Assembly (NCBI GenBank): GCA_025463785.1
Contig: JAODBD010000003.1
Span: 525,287 to 589,286, forward strand
Reading direction: 5' to 3'
Origin: Glaciihabitans sp.
GTDB taxonomy: Bacteria; Actinomycetota; Actinomycetes; Actinomycetales; Microbacteriaceae
DNA: 64,000 nucleotides
Shown here: one piece after another, positions 24,529 to 34,181 of the stretch
Layout: every line of letters begins with the position of its first letter
How positions within the stretch are numbered: the first letter of the stretch is position 1
Translations under genes and position numbers: made by a program
Notes under the pieces: model-generated
Seen by the model: only the letters and a program-made list of their open reading frames with translations
What the model was told of the DNA's origin: nothing
The model's database searches: none

Positions 24529-27500
24529 GTGCTTTCTCGCTTCTCCGTGTCTTCTTCTTCGCGTTTTCTCACCGCAGCCGTTGCTGCTCTCGCGATCGGG
24601 GCCATGGCCGCGATCGGGATTGTTGTGATCCCCGCTCAGGCGACCGTGTCGAATCCGTCCGTCACCGTGACCGTGGCTGACGATCTGCACGGATTGGTCG
24701 GCGGGGCGCAGGTGACCGCGTACGAGCAGAGTAACTTCGACCCGTCCTGGAACTACCACGAGGCTCAGACAACGAGTTCCGCTGGCACGGTAACTTTCAC
24801 GAATCTCGACAGTGCCTCGCACTTCAAGTTTTTCGTCAATATCGCTCAGGCGGATCCGGGCCAGGTAAACAATGACGCGGGTGGCTGGATTAACGGGGCG
24901 AATTCGCCGACTCTGGTCCCCGACTCGACGGGAGCCGCAGACGTAATTACGGCCTCGAGCGCGATCTCGATTCCCATTACGCTAGCCGTCGGCAACGTCG
25001 CATCCGGCACCGCTCTCCTTCCAGACAACAGTGTGCTCGTCGGCGGCAGCGCCGACGTTTCGGCCTACCGGCTGACCTCGAATTTCACGACATCCACTCC
25101 CGAACTCGACTATGTTGCGAGGGCACAGGTGGCCGGCGACGGCAGTTACACTCTGCCCGGGCTTCAGGATGGCAGCTACTACTTCCGTCTCGATGACTAC
25201 GCAAGCCCCGCTGACGGGTTCGCCCAGATCACTTACAACGCGGCAGGCGTCCTTGCGCAGGGCAGAACAGACGGTCTCACGGCGGTGGATGTTCATGGCG
25301 CCGTCGTTCAGTCTGTCCAGTTGGCCGCGGCCTCCTACATCACCGGAACAGTGTCGGCCAACCCGGCGCTCAGCGGCATCGGCTCGGGAATCACCGTGTA
25401 CGCGAACCCGGTGAATGACAACGGCACCCTCGACACCACGAGCCTCAACGGCATCGCGCAGGATCAGGCCAACGTCGACCTCACAAACGGCAGCTATTCC
25501 ATTGCCCTCGTGCCCGGCAAATATAAGGTGCAGTTCTACCCGTACAACGTGACCAACTCGTACCCGCAGTGGTACAACAACGCATACGACTCCTCGACCG
25601 CGACGACGGTGACAGTGGACGCGGGCGGCACCACAACCGGAATCGACGCGGCGCTGACTAACGGATTCACCCTGAAGGGTACAGTCACGGCCGGGAACGG
25701 GCATCCTGTCGCCGGCGTCACCGTCGCGCCGGTCGGCACGCTGAACTTTCAAGATGTGACCCCCGTCGTAACAGCGGCAGACGGCAGCTACGAGTTCGAC
25801 AACCTGGCACCGGATGCCTACCAGATCGAGTTCAATGGACAAGCTGCCGGGTACCCGGATGTCTACCTTTCGAGCGGTCCGCACGGATCATCGAACATCA
25901 CCGATGCGGTGACGGTCGGCTCAGTATCGGACACTCAGACAGTCAACTTCGATTACCGTGCGATCTCGACGCTGACCGTCCACCTCGCCAACAAGGCGGG
26001 CGCACCGATTAAGGGTGCGACCATCTACGCCGAGTCGGTCGTCGCTGGCCAGCCGGTATACGACTCGAACCTCGTGATTTCCGTGCCAGTTGTCGGCAAG
26101 ATCGGCAGCTACCGCATTGCGGGGCTCGCAATCGGTGACCCGTACACGCTGGAGATCTTTCCGTCGACAAGCACCAAGGCCGAGGGTTACTTCCCGCAGT
26201 ATCTGGGTGGTAGCCCGGTCAATGACTCCGCGGATGCCGAGGCCTTCGTCGCTACCGACCCGACCCAGTCGCTCGACGTGACAGTGCAGGCGGCGGCGGC
26301 CATCGGCGGAACCGTGACCTCGGCATCCGGCGTCGCGCTGAAGGGTGTCGGAGTATTCCTCTATCGATTCGATGGGACCTACTGGAACGAGATCGACCAG
26401 ATCAGCACCTCCTCGACCGGTAAGTACTCCTACCCGAACGAGCCCGTCGGAAGCTACAAGCTCGAGTTCTTTGCGGGCTTCGGGGTTTCGGGGAAATACA
26501 CCAACTCGTATAACGGCGGGGCGTCCACTCTCGATCAGGCGAAGCCGCTGTACGTCAAGCCCGGATCTCCTCTGACCGTCAACGCAAAGCTATCGACCGG
26601 CGGCTCGATCTCCGGTGTGCTGAAGGCTCCAGACGGTTCTACCCAGTTCGGCTATGGTGTGACGGCCTACCGTCTCAGCGGAACGCCGGGCGCATTCACC
26701 TCGTCGACCATCGTTGACGGCACCGGAGGCGAAACTGGCACGGGTGGAAAATACACCGTGACAGGTCTGGCATCCGGTTACTACGCGCTGAGCTTCTCGC
26801 AGGGCATTGGCCCGACATCGACGTATGGGGATGCCTTTGACCCAGCCCACCCTGGCGCGCACTACGTCAAGGTGACCGCCGGCAAGAGCGTCAGCGCGGG
26901 AACCTCGACGCTGACCGCGCTCGGCAGTGCCGCGACCGGCATTGTCAACGGCCAGATCGTCGGCGGCCCGTCGAATGCGACCGGCACAGTGAGCTTCAGT
27001 TCGAGCGACTATCGATACAACTTTGCGTTGTCGATCAATTCGGATGGCAGCTTCTCGGGCGCGCTCGTACCCGGCACCTACACGTACAGCGTTTGGGTAA
27101 ATGCTGACTCGTCCGGCACGACGTACGAGCCGGAGGTCGGCACCATTACCATCGCGGCCGGCGCGAACGCGGTGCAGGTCGTCACGCGGCCAACGGTACC
27201 GCTGAGCTTCACGACCTTGCCGGTCGTTTCATCGCCCGGCAGCTCGACCGAGGTCGGCACAACCTTTACCGTTGACGCGGCCTGGACGCGTGCGTCGACG
27301 GCTTATGTGCAGTATCAGTGGCTGCGCGACGGTCACGCAATATTCGGTGCAACCGGGACAAGCTACACGGCCGTCGGTGGGGATGCCGGATCCACGATCG
27401 CCGCTCGCGTTCTGGTTCAGGACTACACGATCGATATCTCCACCATCGTCGGAGTCGCCGAAATCGGTGGCGATGGCACGGTGGCTCCGTCCACTGCCCT

Positions 27501-29223
27501 CGCGAGCGATTCATCGAATCTGCCGAGCATTTCGCCTTCCGGAGTCGCGTTTGCGGGACAGACGTTGACGGCATCCCCTGGGCAATGGGGTGTTTCGGGC
27601 GCAACGTTCGCCTACCAGTGGTACCTCGACGCAACGCCCATCAGCGGCGCTCGCAGCCGCACGTACAAGACTCTGCTGTCGCAGGCGCATCACGGCATCA
27701 CCGTGACCGTGTCGGCCACCAAGCCCGGGTACGTTACGCCGCCCGTGGCGACTTCTGGGGATGTAATCATCGATGACCAGCTGGGGTTGCATTCCACGAT
27801 CTCGCCCGTCGTCACGGCAAAGAAGGTTGGCGGGCTCACTCAGTACAGCGTCTCAACGGGTAGCTGGTCGGTCGCGGGAGTGACGTACGAGTACCTGTGG
27901 CGCGCGGATGGAAGCGGAATTTTTGGGGCCGAGAGTAAGACGTACACACCTGCGGCCGGAAACGAAGCCATCACGGTTGACGTCTCCGCGGTCAAGCCCG
28001 GGTACGTGACCGCACAGAAGACCGTGCTCGCACGGCGCGGCATCAATACCAACATCGAGCCGGCACCGGATGTCTATGTCGGGACCACCCAGGTAACCTC
28101 GGACACCCAGCCAGTGAAGGCAGGCGAAAGCCTCACCGTCGATCCGCACGCGGACCAGTGGAGTGCGGTGCAGAACCAGAGGTTCACGTTCGGCTACAAG
28201 TGGGAACGCCAGACCGGCAGCACGTGGGCCGCAATCACCGGCGCCACCAAGTCGGCGTACACAGCATCCACGTCGGATGTCGGGCACAAGCTCAAGGTCA
28301 TCGTCTCGACGGCGTCCCCGTACTACGCGACGCGTAGCTTCACCCAGGCGGCCGGGCTCGGCACCACCGGCGCTCCGACGAACTTCGCCGGACAGGCAGG
28401 GATGAGCTACACGGGCACGTTCCAGCCGGGCACCACAGTTTCGGCGAAGCTGAGCGAATTCCCGACGGGTGAGACGTACACGTATCAGTGGCAGAACAGC
28501 CTGACGAGTGTCGACAGCGACTTTGCGGACATCGCAGGGGCGACGAAGTCGAGCTATGTCATCCATTCGGGCGACGCCGAGAAGTATCTTCGAGTTGTCG
28601 TAACGGCTACCCACGCCGGCGCGCACTCGACGGCTATCTCGGTCTCTCAGCAGGTTTCGGACCTGACAACGTTGGCCACGGTGTCGCCCGCCAGGCTGTC
28701 GGGGTCTGGCGCGGTGGGAACCACGCTGACCCTGGATCTGGGCGTGTGGAACATCGCGGGGGCGACCTATTCGTACCAGTGGTACCGCGGCGACATCGCG
28801 ATTCCGGGGGTGACCGGCACGACGTATAGTCCCATCGGTAGCAGCCTCGGCGATGAGATCTCGGTTGTCGTCCATGCGACTCGGAAGGGTTACACCTCAG
28901 GCACCGCGACCACCAACACGGTCAAGGTGATTGCCGGTGCTCAACCGACGGCATCCACGAAGCCGAAGATCACGGGCACGCTGAGTGACGGATCGACCGT
29001 AGCTGCGACGACGGGCATCTGGAGTTTGGACGGTCTGACCTTCAGCTACCAGTGGATGGCCGGGACGACTCCGATTGCCGGCGCGACCGCAGACACGTAC
29101 CTCGTTAACGCGAATGACCTGTGCGGAGCGTCGCTCAGTGTCGTGGTAACCGCTACGCGCCCCGGGTATCTTTCGGGCGGGAGTCAGAGCCTGGCATTCG
29201 GGACACTGCCGAGCGTCTGCTGA
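24529..29223 (+). CDS. giant secreted repeat protein 2 (paralogue of protein 1; beta-sandwich modules followed by about 7 Ig-like YxW repeats)
   Basis: The ORF is open from 24274. GTG 24529 was chosen as start (TTG 24514 is an alternative) because it gives the signal peptide MLSRFSVSSSSRFLTAAVAALAIGAMAAIGIVVIPAQA/TV. It shares GSYKLEFF modules and a 20 nt identical stretch with gene 1. Confidence 0.85.
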   Translation: MLSRFSVSSSSRFLTAAVAALAIGAMAAIGIVVIPAQATVSNPSVTVTVADDLHGLVGGAQVTAYEQSNFDPSWNYHEAQTTSSAGTVTFTNLDSASHFKFFVNIAQADPGQVNNDAGGWINGANSPTLVPDSTGAADVITASSAISIPITLAVGNVASGTALLPDNSVLVGGSADVSAYRLTSNFTTSTPELDYVARAQVAGDGSYTLPGLQDGSYYFRLDDYASPADGFAQITYNAAGVLAQGRTDGLTAVDVHGAVVQSVQLAAASYITGTVSANPALSGIGSGITVYANPVNDNGTLDTTSLNGIAQDQANVDLTNGSYSIALVPGKYKVQFYPYNVTNSYPQWYNNAYDSSTATTVTVDAGGTTTGIDAALTNGFTLKGTVTAGNGHPVAGVTVAPVGTLNFQDVTPVVTAADGSYEFDNLAPDAYQIEFNGQAAGYPDVYLSSGPHGSSNITDAVTVGSVSDTQTVNFDYRAISTLTVHLANKAGAPIKGATIYAESVVAGQPVYDSNLVISVPVVGKIGSYRIAGLAIGDPYTLEIFPSTSTKAEGYFPQYLGGSPVNDSADAEAFVATDPTQSLDVTVQAAAAIGGTVTSASGVALKGVGVFLYRFDGTYWNEIDQISTSSTGKYSYPNEPVGSYKLEFFAGFGVSGKYTNSYNGGASTLDQAKPLYVKPGSPLTVNAKLSTGGSISGVLKAPDGSTQFGYGVTAYRLSGTPGAFTSSTIVDGTGGETGTGGKYTVTGLASGYYALSFSQGIGPTSTYGDAFDPAHPGAHYVKVTAGKSVSAGTSTLTALGSAATGIVNGQIVGGPSNATGTVSFSSSDYRYNFALSINSDGSFSGALVPGTYTYSVWVNADSSGTTYEPEVGTITIAAGANAVQVVTRPTVPLSFTTLPVVSSPGSSTEVGTTFTVDAAWTRASTAYVQYQWLRDGHAIFGATGTSYTAVGGDAGSTIAARVLVQDYTIDISTIVGVAEIGGDGTVAPSTALASDSSNLPSISPSGVAFAGQTLTASPGQWGVSGATFAYQWYLDATPISGARSRTYKTLLSQAHHGITVTVSATKPGYVTPPVATSGDVIIDDQLGLHSTISPVVTAKKVGGLTQYSVSTGSWSVAGVTYEYLWRADGSGIFGAESKTYTPAAGNEAITVDVSAVKPGYVTAQKTVLARRGINTNIEPAPDVYVGTTQVTSDTQPVKAGESLTVDPHADQWSAVQNQRFTFGYKWERQTGSTWAAITGATKSAYTASTSDVGHKLKVIVSTASPYYATRSFTQAAGLGTTGAPTNFAGQAGMSYTGTFQPGTTVSAKLSEFPTGETYTYQWQNSLTSVDSDFADIAGATKSSYVIHSGDAEKYLRVVVTATHAGAHSTAISVSQQVSDLTTLATVSPARLSGSGAVGTTLTLDLGVWNIAGATYSYQWYRGDIAIPGVTGTTYSPIGSSLGDEISVVVHATRKGYTSGTATTNTVKVIAGAQPTASTKPKITGTLSDGSTVAATTGIWSLDGLTFSYQWMAGTTPIAGATADTYLVNANDLCGASLSVVVTATRPGYLSGGSQSLAFGTLPSVC

Positions 29224-29234
29224 TTGGTTGAGAC

Positions 29235-29268
29235 AACTCTCGCGCCCCCGTTCTGGGGCGCGAGAGTT
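29235..29268 (+). terminator. strong hairpin (14 bp perfect stem) after giant gene 2
   Basis: AACTCTCGCGCCCC (29235-48), CGTTCT loop, GGGGCGCGAGAGTT (29255-68). Confidence 0.7.
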
Positions 29269-29325
29269 ATCCACAGAGCGCCTATTTGGGTATCGAACAT
29301 ATATTCGAACCTCGATAATTGAGGT

Positions 29326-30882
29326 ATGGATTTCATCGACACCTCCATCCGGCTCCCGGAGCAGTTAGCCGCAGCTTCTGCTGCCCTGTCTGCGGTGTCG
29401 AGTGACGTCATCGAGTATCGCGCAGTGGACGATGCGATGTTGCTCGCTCTCAACAGCTCGAGCGCCGACGTTCTGCGGCTTGCGCAGGCGACTGCGGCGC
29501 TCATTGCGGGTGAGATCGCGCGCAGATCGGCTCCCGGCCTGGGTCAAAACGGGCTCGTGCAGCGTCTGGGCCATCGCACGCCAGAGCAATTCATGAAGAA
29601 GTCCACCGGTGCGACGGGGCAGCAGGCGGTCACCGCAGTTCGAGTCGGGCGGATGGTGCAGGATGCCGCAGATGCCGGCGTTGTGGACGTCTCAACCGGT
29701 GAGATCACTGCTGCCGTCGAGCCATGGTTGGCGCCCGTGGCTGCTGCCATTGTCGCGGGCCCGATGACCACTTCTGCTGCCGAGGCGATTGCCCGCGGGC
29801 TCGGGCAGCCAACGCCCGGAGTCAGCGAGGGCGATCTTCTGGTTGCTGCCCGCGCTCTCTGCGCTGAGGCCGCTGCGGGGGTTGATCCCGACCTGCTGTT
29901 TCGCCGGGCGCGACAGCTTCGCGACGAGATCGATGTGGATGGCATCGGTGAACGTGAGGCCGAGCGTCGCAAGCAGCGCTCCCTCACGTTCGTCCAGCTG
30001 CCGAGCGGGATGTCGCGGCTGACCTGGGTCATGGACCCAGAAACCGCTGCGACCGTGAAAGACCTCTATGACCGTGCGACCTCGCCGAAGCTCGGTGGGG
30101 TGCGCTTTGTCGATCCCGATCAGTCGACCCTGGCTGAAGCGATTCGGGCCGATGACCGCACTCCGGCGCAACTGGCATCCGACGCGTTCGAGCAACTGTT
30201 ACGGGCAGGAGCTGACGTTGGCGGGATTGGTCGGGTTGGCGGCGCGGGCGGAGCTGGTGGTCATGGTTCTGCTGGTGCTGGTGCTGGTGCTGGTGCTGGT
30301 GCTGGTTCGGGTTCGGGTTCTGGTTCGGGTTCTGCTCCGCGTGCGGGGATTCTGCTCGGCTCCGGGGCACCGGTCATTCACATTGCGGCAACGCGCTCCG
30401 CCGTCGAGCGCCGCCGCGGTGCGGCGTACATCCGGGGTCAGGCAGACCCGGTTTCGATCGAGACGCTTGAACGGTTGGTCTGCGCGGGCAGTCACAGTGA
30501 GACGGGGTTCGATCCCGCGGGCATCCCGCTCGATCGTGGTCGCGACCAGCGGCTATTCACCGCGAAACAGAAGCAGGTGCTCGCGCTGAGGTGGGGTGGC
30601 TGCGTTCATCCGGGATGCGAGCGGCCGCCGTCCTGGACGGAAGCTCACCATATTGACCACTGGGTCAGGGATCACGGCAAGAGCGACATTGCCGACGGCG
30701 TTCTGCTCTGCAAACACCATCACCTGCTGCACCACAACAAACGGTGGGAGATTCGGCGCGATGAGGGCGGGCGGTATTGGTTGATTCCCCCGACGGAGGT
30801 TGACGCGGCGCAGGCGCCCATCGAGCTGCACGGCAACAGTCGCGTCATGCGAGAACGCGCGCGCGAAGAGCAGTACGCCTAG
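29326..30882 (+). CDS. DUF222 + HNH endonuclease domain protein (13E12-repeat-family-like)
   Basis: 518 aa. The C-terminus reads C..PGCERPPSWTEAHHIDHW...LLCKHHHLLHHN (HNH). There is an internal (GA)n(GS)n linker. Confidence 0.85.
   Translation: MDFIDTSIRLPEQLAAASAALSAVSSDVIEYRAVDDAMLLALNSSSADVLRLAQATAALIAGEIARRSAPGLGQNGLVQRLGHRTPEQFMKKSTGATGQQAVTAVRVGRMVQDAADAGVVDVSTGEITAAVEPWLAPVAAAIVAGPMTTSAAEAIARGLGQPTPGVSEGDLLVAARALCAEAAAGVDPDLLFRRARQLRDEIDVDGIGEREAERRKQRSLTFVQLPSGMSRLTWVMDPETAATVKDLYDRATSPKLGGVRFVDPDQSTLAEAIRADDRTPAQLASDAFEQLLRAGADVGGIGRVGGAGGAGGHGSAGAGAGAGAGAGSGSGSGSGSAPRAGILLGSGAPVIHIAATRSAVERRRGAAYIRGQADPVSIETLERLVCAGSHSETGFDPAGIPLDRGRDQRLFTAKQKQVLALRWGGCVHPGCERPPSWTEAHHIDHWVRDHGKSDIADGVLLCKHHHLLHHNKRWEIRRDEGGRYWLIPPTEVDAAQAPIELHGNSRVMRERAREEQYA
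30262..30335 (+). repeat. in-frame hexanucleotide microsatellites (GCTGGT)n then (GGTTCK)n inside the HNH gene
   Basis: ...GGTTCTGCTGGTGCTGGTGCTGGTGCTGGTGCTGGTGCTGGTTCGGGTTCGGGTTCTGGTTCGGGTTCT..., which encodes SAGAGAGAGAGAGSGSGSGSGS. Confidence 0.85.
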
Positions 30883-30910
30883 AACGCGAGAGCCCGCCGG
30901 CGTATTCGCC

Positions 30911-31035
30911 GTGCCTGCCCGCCAAGCCCTGCGCCTGCCCTGCCAAGCCCCGCCCCGCAAAGCCCTGCGCCCGCTCTGCCAAGCCCTGCCCTGCCAAGCC
31001 CAGTTGCGACGATGACGATGACGACCACGATCACG
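30911..31035. repeat. degenerate C-rich tandem repeats (CTGCCAAGCCC core x4) followed by a GAC/GAT triplet run
   Basis: GCCTGCCCGCCAAGCCCTGCGCCTGCCCTGCCAAGCCCCGCCCCGCAAAGCCCTGCGCCCGCTCTGCCAAGCCCTGCCCTGCCAAGCCC, then GACGATGACGATGACGACCACGATCACG. Confidence 0.7.
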
Positions 31036-31054
31036 CAGTTGCTAACCGGCTGCG

Positions 31055-31834
31055 CTAAAGCGCGATGCTAACCCGATCAGGCGAGCCCTTCAAGATGGCC
31101 TGCTTAACCTCAGCGATCGCCTTGGTGACCTCGATACCGCGGGGGCAGGCATCCGTGCAGTTGAAGGTCGTGCGGCACCGCCACACGCCCTCCTTATCGT
31201 TGAGAATGTCGAGACGAACCTGAGCACCCTCATCCCGAGAATCGAAGATGAAACGGTGCGCATTCACGATTGCGGCGGGTCCGAAGTACTGGCCGTCGGT
31301 CCAGAAGACCGGGCAGCTCGAAGTACATGCCGCACAGAGAATACATTTCGTCGTGTCATCGAATCGCTCGCGCTGAACGACAGACTGCAGGCGCTCTTTC
31401 TCGGGCTTCGACGAAGCCATCAGGAACGGCTGTACGGCCTTGAAGGACTCGAAGAACGGGTCCATGTCGACGATCAGGTCTTTCTCAAGGGGAAGGCCCT
31501 TGATGGCTTCAACGTAGATCGGCTTCGAGATATCGAGGTCTTTCAGCAGTGTCTTACACGCGAGCCGGTTGCGACCATTGATGCGCATGGCGTCCGACCC
31601 ACAGACGCCGTGAGCGCAACTGCGGCGGAATGAAAGCGAGCCATCCTGCTCCCACTTGATCTTGTGCAGCGCATCGAGCACGCGGTCGGTGCCGTGCATC
31701 TCGAGATCGAAGTCCTGCCAGTGTGGCTCGGCATCGACATCCGGATCGAAGCGTCGGATGATGAGGGTCACCGTAAACGACGGGACCTCCGCGATCGGGG
31801 CGGCTGGCGCACCTTCTGCGGTCGCTGTGCTCAT
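31055..31834 (-). CDS. sdhB: succinate dehydrogenase iron-sulfur subunit
   Basis: 259 aa with 2Fe-2S, 4Fe-4S and 3Fe-4S Cys clusters (CAHGVCGSDAM, CILCAACTSSCP, CTDACPRGI). Confidence 0.95.
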   Translation of the reverse strand: MSTATAEGAPAAPIAEVPSFTVTLIIRRFDPDVDAEPHWQDFDLEMHGTDRVLDALHKIKWEQDGSLSFRRSCAHGVCGSDAMRINGRNRLACKTLLKDLDISKPIYVEAIKGLPLEKDLIVDMDPFFESFKAVQPFLMASSKPEKERLQSVVQRERFDDTTKCILCAACTSSCPVFWTDGQYFGPAAIVNAHRFIFDSRDEGAQVRLDILNDKEGVWRCRTTFNCTDACPRGIEVTKAIAEVKQAILKGSPDRVSIAL

Positions 31835-31836
31835 TG

Positions 31837-33729
31837 TTAATACTTTCTTTCCATCGGTGGGTAGTTCGTAATCACGACGGGCTTCCAGTCCAGGGTGATG
31901 TGGTCTCCGGCTTCGGCCGACTCGGGGTCTCCGGTGCGGTACGCCATGGTGTGAACGAGGAACTTCTCGTCGTCGCGCTTCGGGTAGTCCTCGCGCATGT
32001 GACCACCACGCGACTCGTGTCGCGACCGGGCTGAGTAGACGAGCACCTCGGCGAGGTCGAGCAGAAAACCGAGTTCGACGGCCTCAAGCAGATCGGTGTT
32101 GTACCGCTTGCCCTTGTCCTGGATGCGAATGTTCTTGTACCTGGCACGCAGCGTCTCGATGAGGTCGGTAACCTCTTTGAGACTCTCCTCGGTGCGGAAG
32201 ATCTGCGCGTTGCGATCCATCGAATCCTGCAGTTCCTTGCGGATAACGGCGATCCGCTCGGTTCCGTCGCCAGCACGAACGCTGTCGAGGAGCGCACGGA
32301 TGTCGTGTGCGGGGTCCGCCGGAAGCGGCACCCACGGAGCGGTCTTCACGAACTCGACCGCGTTCCTGCCGGCACGCTTACCGAAGACGTTGATGTCGAG
32401 CAGAGAATTGGTACCGAGCCGGTTGGATCCGTGCACCGAAACACAGGCACACTCGCCGGCAGCGTAGAGGCCAGGAACGATGTCGGTGTTGTTTTGCAGC
32501 ACCTCAGCGTTGTTATTGGTCGGAATGCCGCCCATCGCATAGTGGGCCGTAGGCAGAACCGGAACGGGCTCCGTGTAGGGCTCGACACCGAGGTAGGTGC
32601 GCGCAAACTCGGTGATATCGGGCAGCTTCTCATCGATGACAGCGGGCTCGAGGTGCGTGATGTCGAGGTAGAGGTAGTCCTTGTTGGGACCGGCACCACG
32701 ACCCTCGCGAATCTCGAGCGCCATCGAGCGAGCAACGATATCGCGAGGTGCGAGGTCTTTCAGAGTCGGCGTGTAGCGCTCCATGAAGCGCTCGCCCGAC
32801 GCGTTGCGCAGAATTGCACCCTCGCCTCGAGCCGCCTCAGACAGCAGGATGCCGAGCCCGGCGAGCCCGGTCGGGTGGAACTGGAAGAACTCCATGTCTT
32901 CGAGCGGCAGACCCTTGCGCCAGATGATCCCGACGCCGTCACCGGTGAGAGTGTGGGCATTGGATGTCGTCTTGAAGATCTTGCCGAAACCACCGGTCGC
33001 AAAAATGACCGCCTTGCCCTGGAACACGTGCAGGTCGCCCGTGGCCAGTTCGTACGCGACGACACCCGAGGGGACGTCCTTGCCATCGACCTTCGACATG
33101 ACCATGTCGAGCACGTAGTACTCGTTGAAGAAGTTGATGCCGAGGCGAACGCAGTTCTGGAACAGCGTCTGAAGGATCATGTGCCCGGTGCGATCGGCCG
33201 CGTAACAGGCACGGCGAACCGGCGCCGCTCCATGCTCGCGAGTGTGACCACCGAAACGGCGCTGGTCGATCTTGCCTTCAGGCGTTCGGTTGAACGGCAG
33301 CCCCATGTTCTCGAGGTCGAGGACGGCATCGATGGCCTCTTTGGCGAGGATCTCCGCGGCATCCTGATCGACCAGGTAGTCGCCACCCTTGACGGTGTCG
33401 TAAGTGTGCCACTCCCAGTTGTCCTCTTCGACATTGGCGAGGGCCGCAGCCATGCCGCCCTGTGCCGCGCCAGTGTGGGAGCGAGTCGGGTAGAGCTTGG
33501 AGATGACGGCGGTGTTGGCGTGCGGTCCGGCTTCGATTGCCGCGCGCATCCCGGCACCACCGGCGCCCACGATGACGATGTCGTGCTGGTGATAGTGAAC
33601 ACCGTCGATGATCTCGCCGTCGGGAATCATCTGCCGCTCGGGCTGCATCGGCTCGGGCTTCGTGGATTTGGCCGACGTCGATGTACCCGTCGTGGACTTT
33701 GGCGACCTGGGAGTGCGCGGTTCCGCCAT
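31837..33729 (-). CDS. sdhA: succinate dehydrogenase flavoprotein subunit
   Basis: 630 aa with the FAD motif [15 protein letters not shown] and [10 protein letters not shown] (the His that binds FAD covalently). The ATG overlaps the sdhD stop by 1 nt. Confidence 0.95.
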   Translation of the reverse strand: MAEPRTPRSPKSTTGTSTSAKSTKPEPMQPERQMIPDGEIIDGVHYHQHDIVIVGAGGAGMRAAIEAGPHANTAVISKLYPTRSHTGAAQGGMAAALANVEEDNWEWHTYDTVKGGDYLVDQDAAEILAKEAIDAVLDLENMGLPFNRTPEGKIDQRRFGGHTREHGAAPVRRACYAADRTGHMILQTLFQNCVRLGINFFNEYYVLDMVMSKVDGKDVPSGVVAYELATGDLHVFQGKAVIFATGGFGKIFKTTSNAHTLTGDGVGIIWRKGLPLEDMEFFQFHPTGLAGLGILLSEAARGEGAILRNASGERFMERYTPTLKDLAPRDIVARSMALEIREGRGAGPNKDYLYLDITHLEPAVIDEKLPDITEFARTYLGVEPYTEPVPVLPTAHYAMGGIPTNNNAEVLQNNTDIVPGLYAAGECACVSVHGSNRLGTNSLLDINVFGKRAGRNAVEFVKTAPWVPLPADPAHDIRALLDSVRAGDGTERIAVIRKELQDSMDRNAQIFRTEESLKEVTDLIETLRARYKNIRIQDKGKRYNTDLLEAVELGFLLDLAEVLVYSARSRHESRGGHMREDYPKRDDEKFLVHTMAYRTGDPESAEAGDHITLDWKPVVITNYPPMERKY

Positions 33730-34181
33730 CAGTGCGCCTTGCAGAATGCAGGCAGCGTGCCAGCGATCGCGTTCGATGGACAGGGGTCGAAGGTGTAGAT
33801 CACGAGGATTCCCAGCACGAGTAGAACAACGGTTGACACGAGGATGGCGCCGAGCAACGTCTTGCGAAGGATCGGACGGTGCGCGTAGTCATTGGTGACA
33901 GTGCGCATGCCGTTGGCGCCGTGGATGAGTGCGAGGACGAGCATGAGGGTGTCCCACACCATCCAGAACGGGTCCGCCCACTTACCTGCGACGAACGCAA
34001 AGTCGATTGCGCGAACGCCGGCGCCGGAAACCAGGTTGACGAACAGGTGACCGAAGATGAGGACGACCAGGAACAGGCCACTGACGCGCATGTACAGCCA
34101 GCCCCATTTTTCCCAGTTCACGCGACGCTTACGCGGCGGCGTATAAGAGGAGCGGGGTGCTGGAATCGTTTCGGTCGTCAT
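33729..34181 (-). CDS. sdhD: succinate dehydrogenase hydrophobic membrane anchor subunit
   Basis: Internal ATG at 34181 ([10 protein letters not shown]...). Three TM helices. ATGA overlap with sdhC. Confidence 0.85.
   Translation of the reverse strand: MTTETIPAPRSSYTPPRKRRVNWEKWGWLYMRVSGLFLVVLIFGHLFVNLVSGAGVRAIDFAFVAGKWADPFWMVWDTLMLVLALIHGANGMRTVTNDYAHRPILRKTLLGAILVSTVVLLVLGILVIYTFDPCPSNAIAGTLPAFCKAH

Noticed and set aside
24278-24628. The 116-aa ORF (and the minus-strand ORFs 24178-24405 and 24182-24397) in the sigma / giant gene 2 spacer as a separate small anti-sigma or regulator gene.
   Set aside because: The composition is atypical. The ORFs overlap the signal-peptide region of giant gene 2 in another frame, and they have no TM/ZAS or HTH pattern. 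The anti-sigma function is already supplied in cis by the fusion protein.
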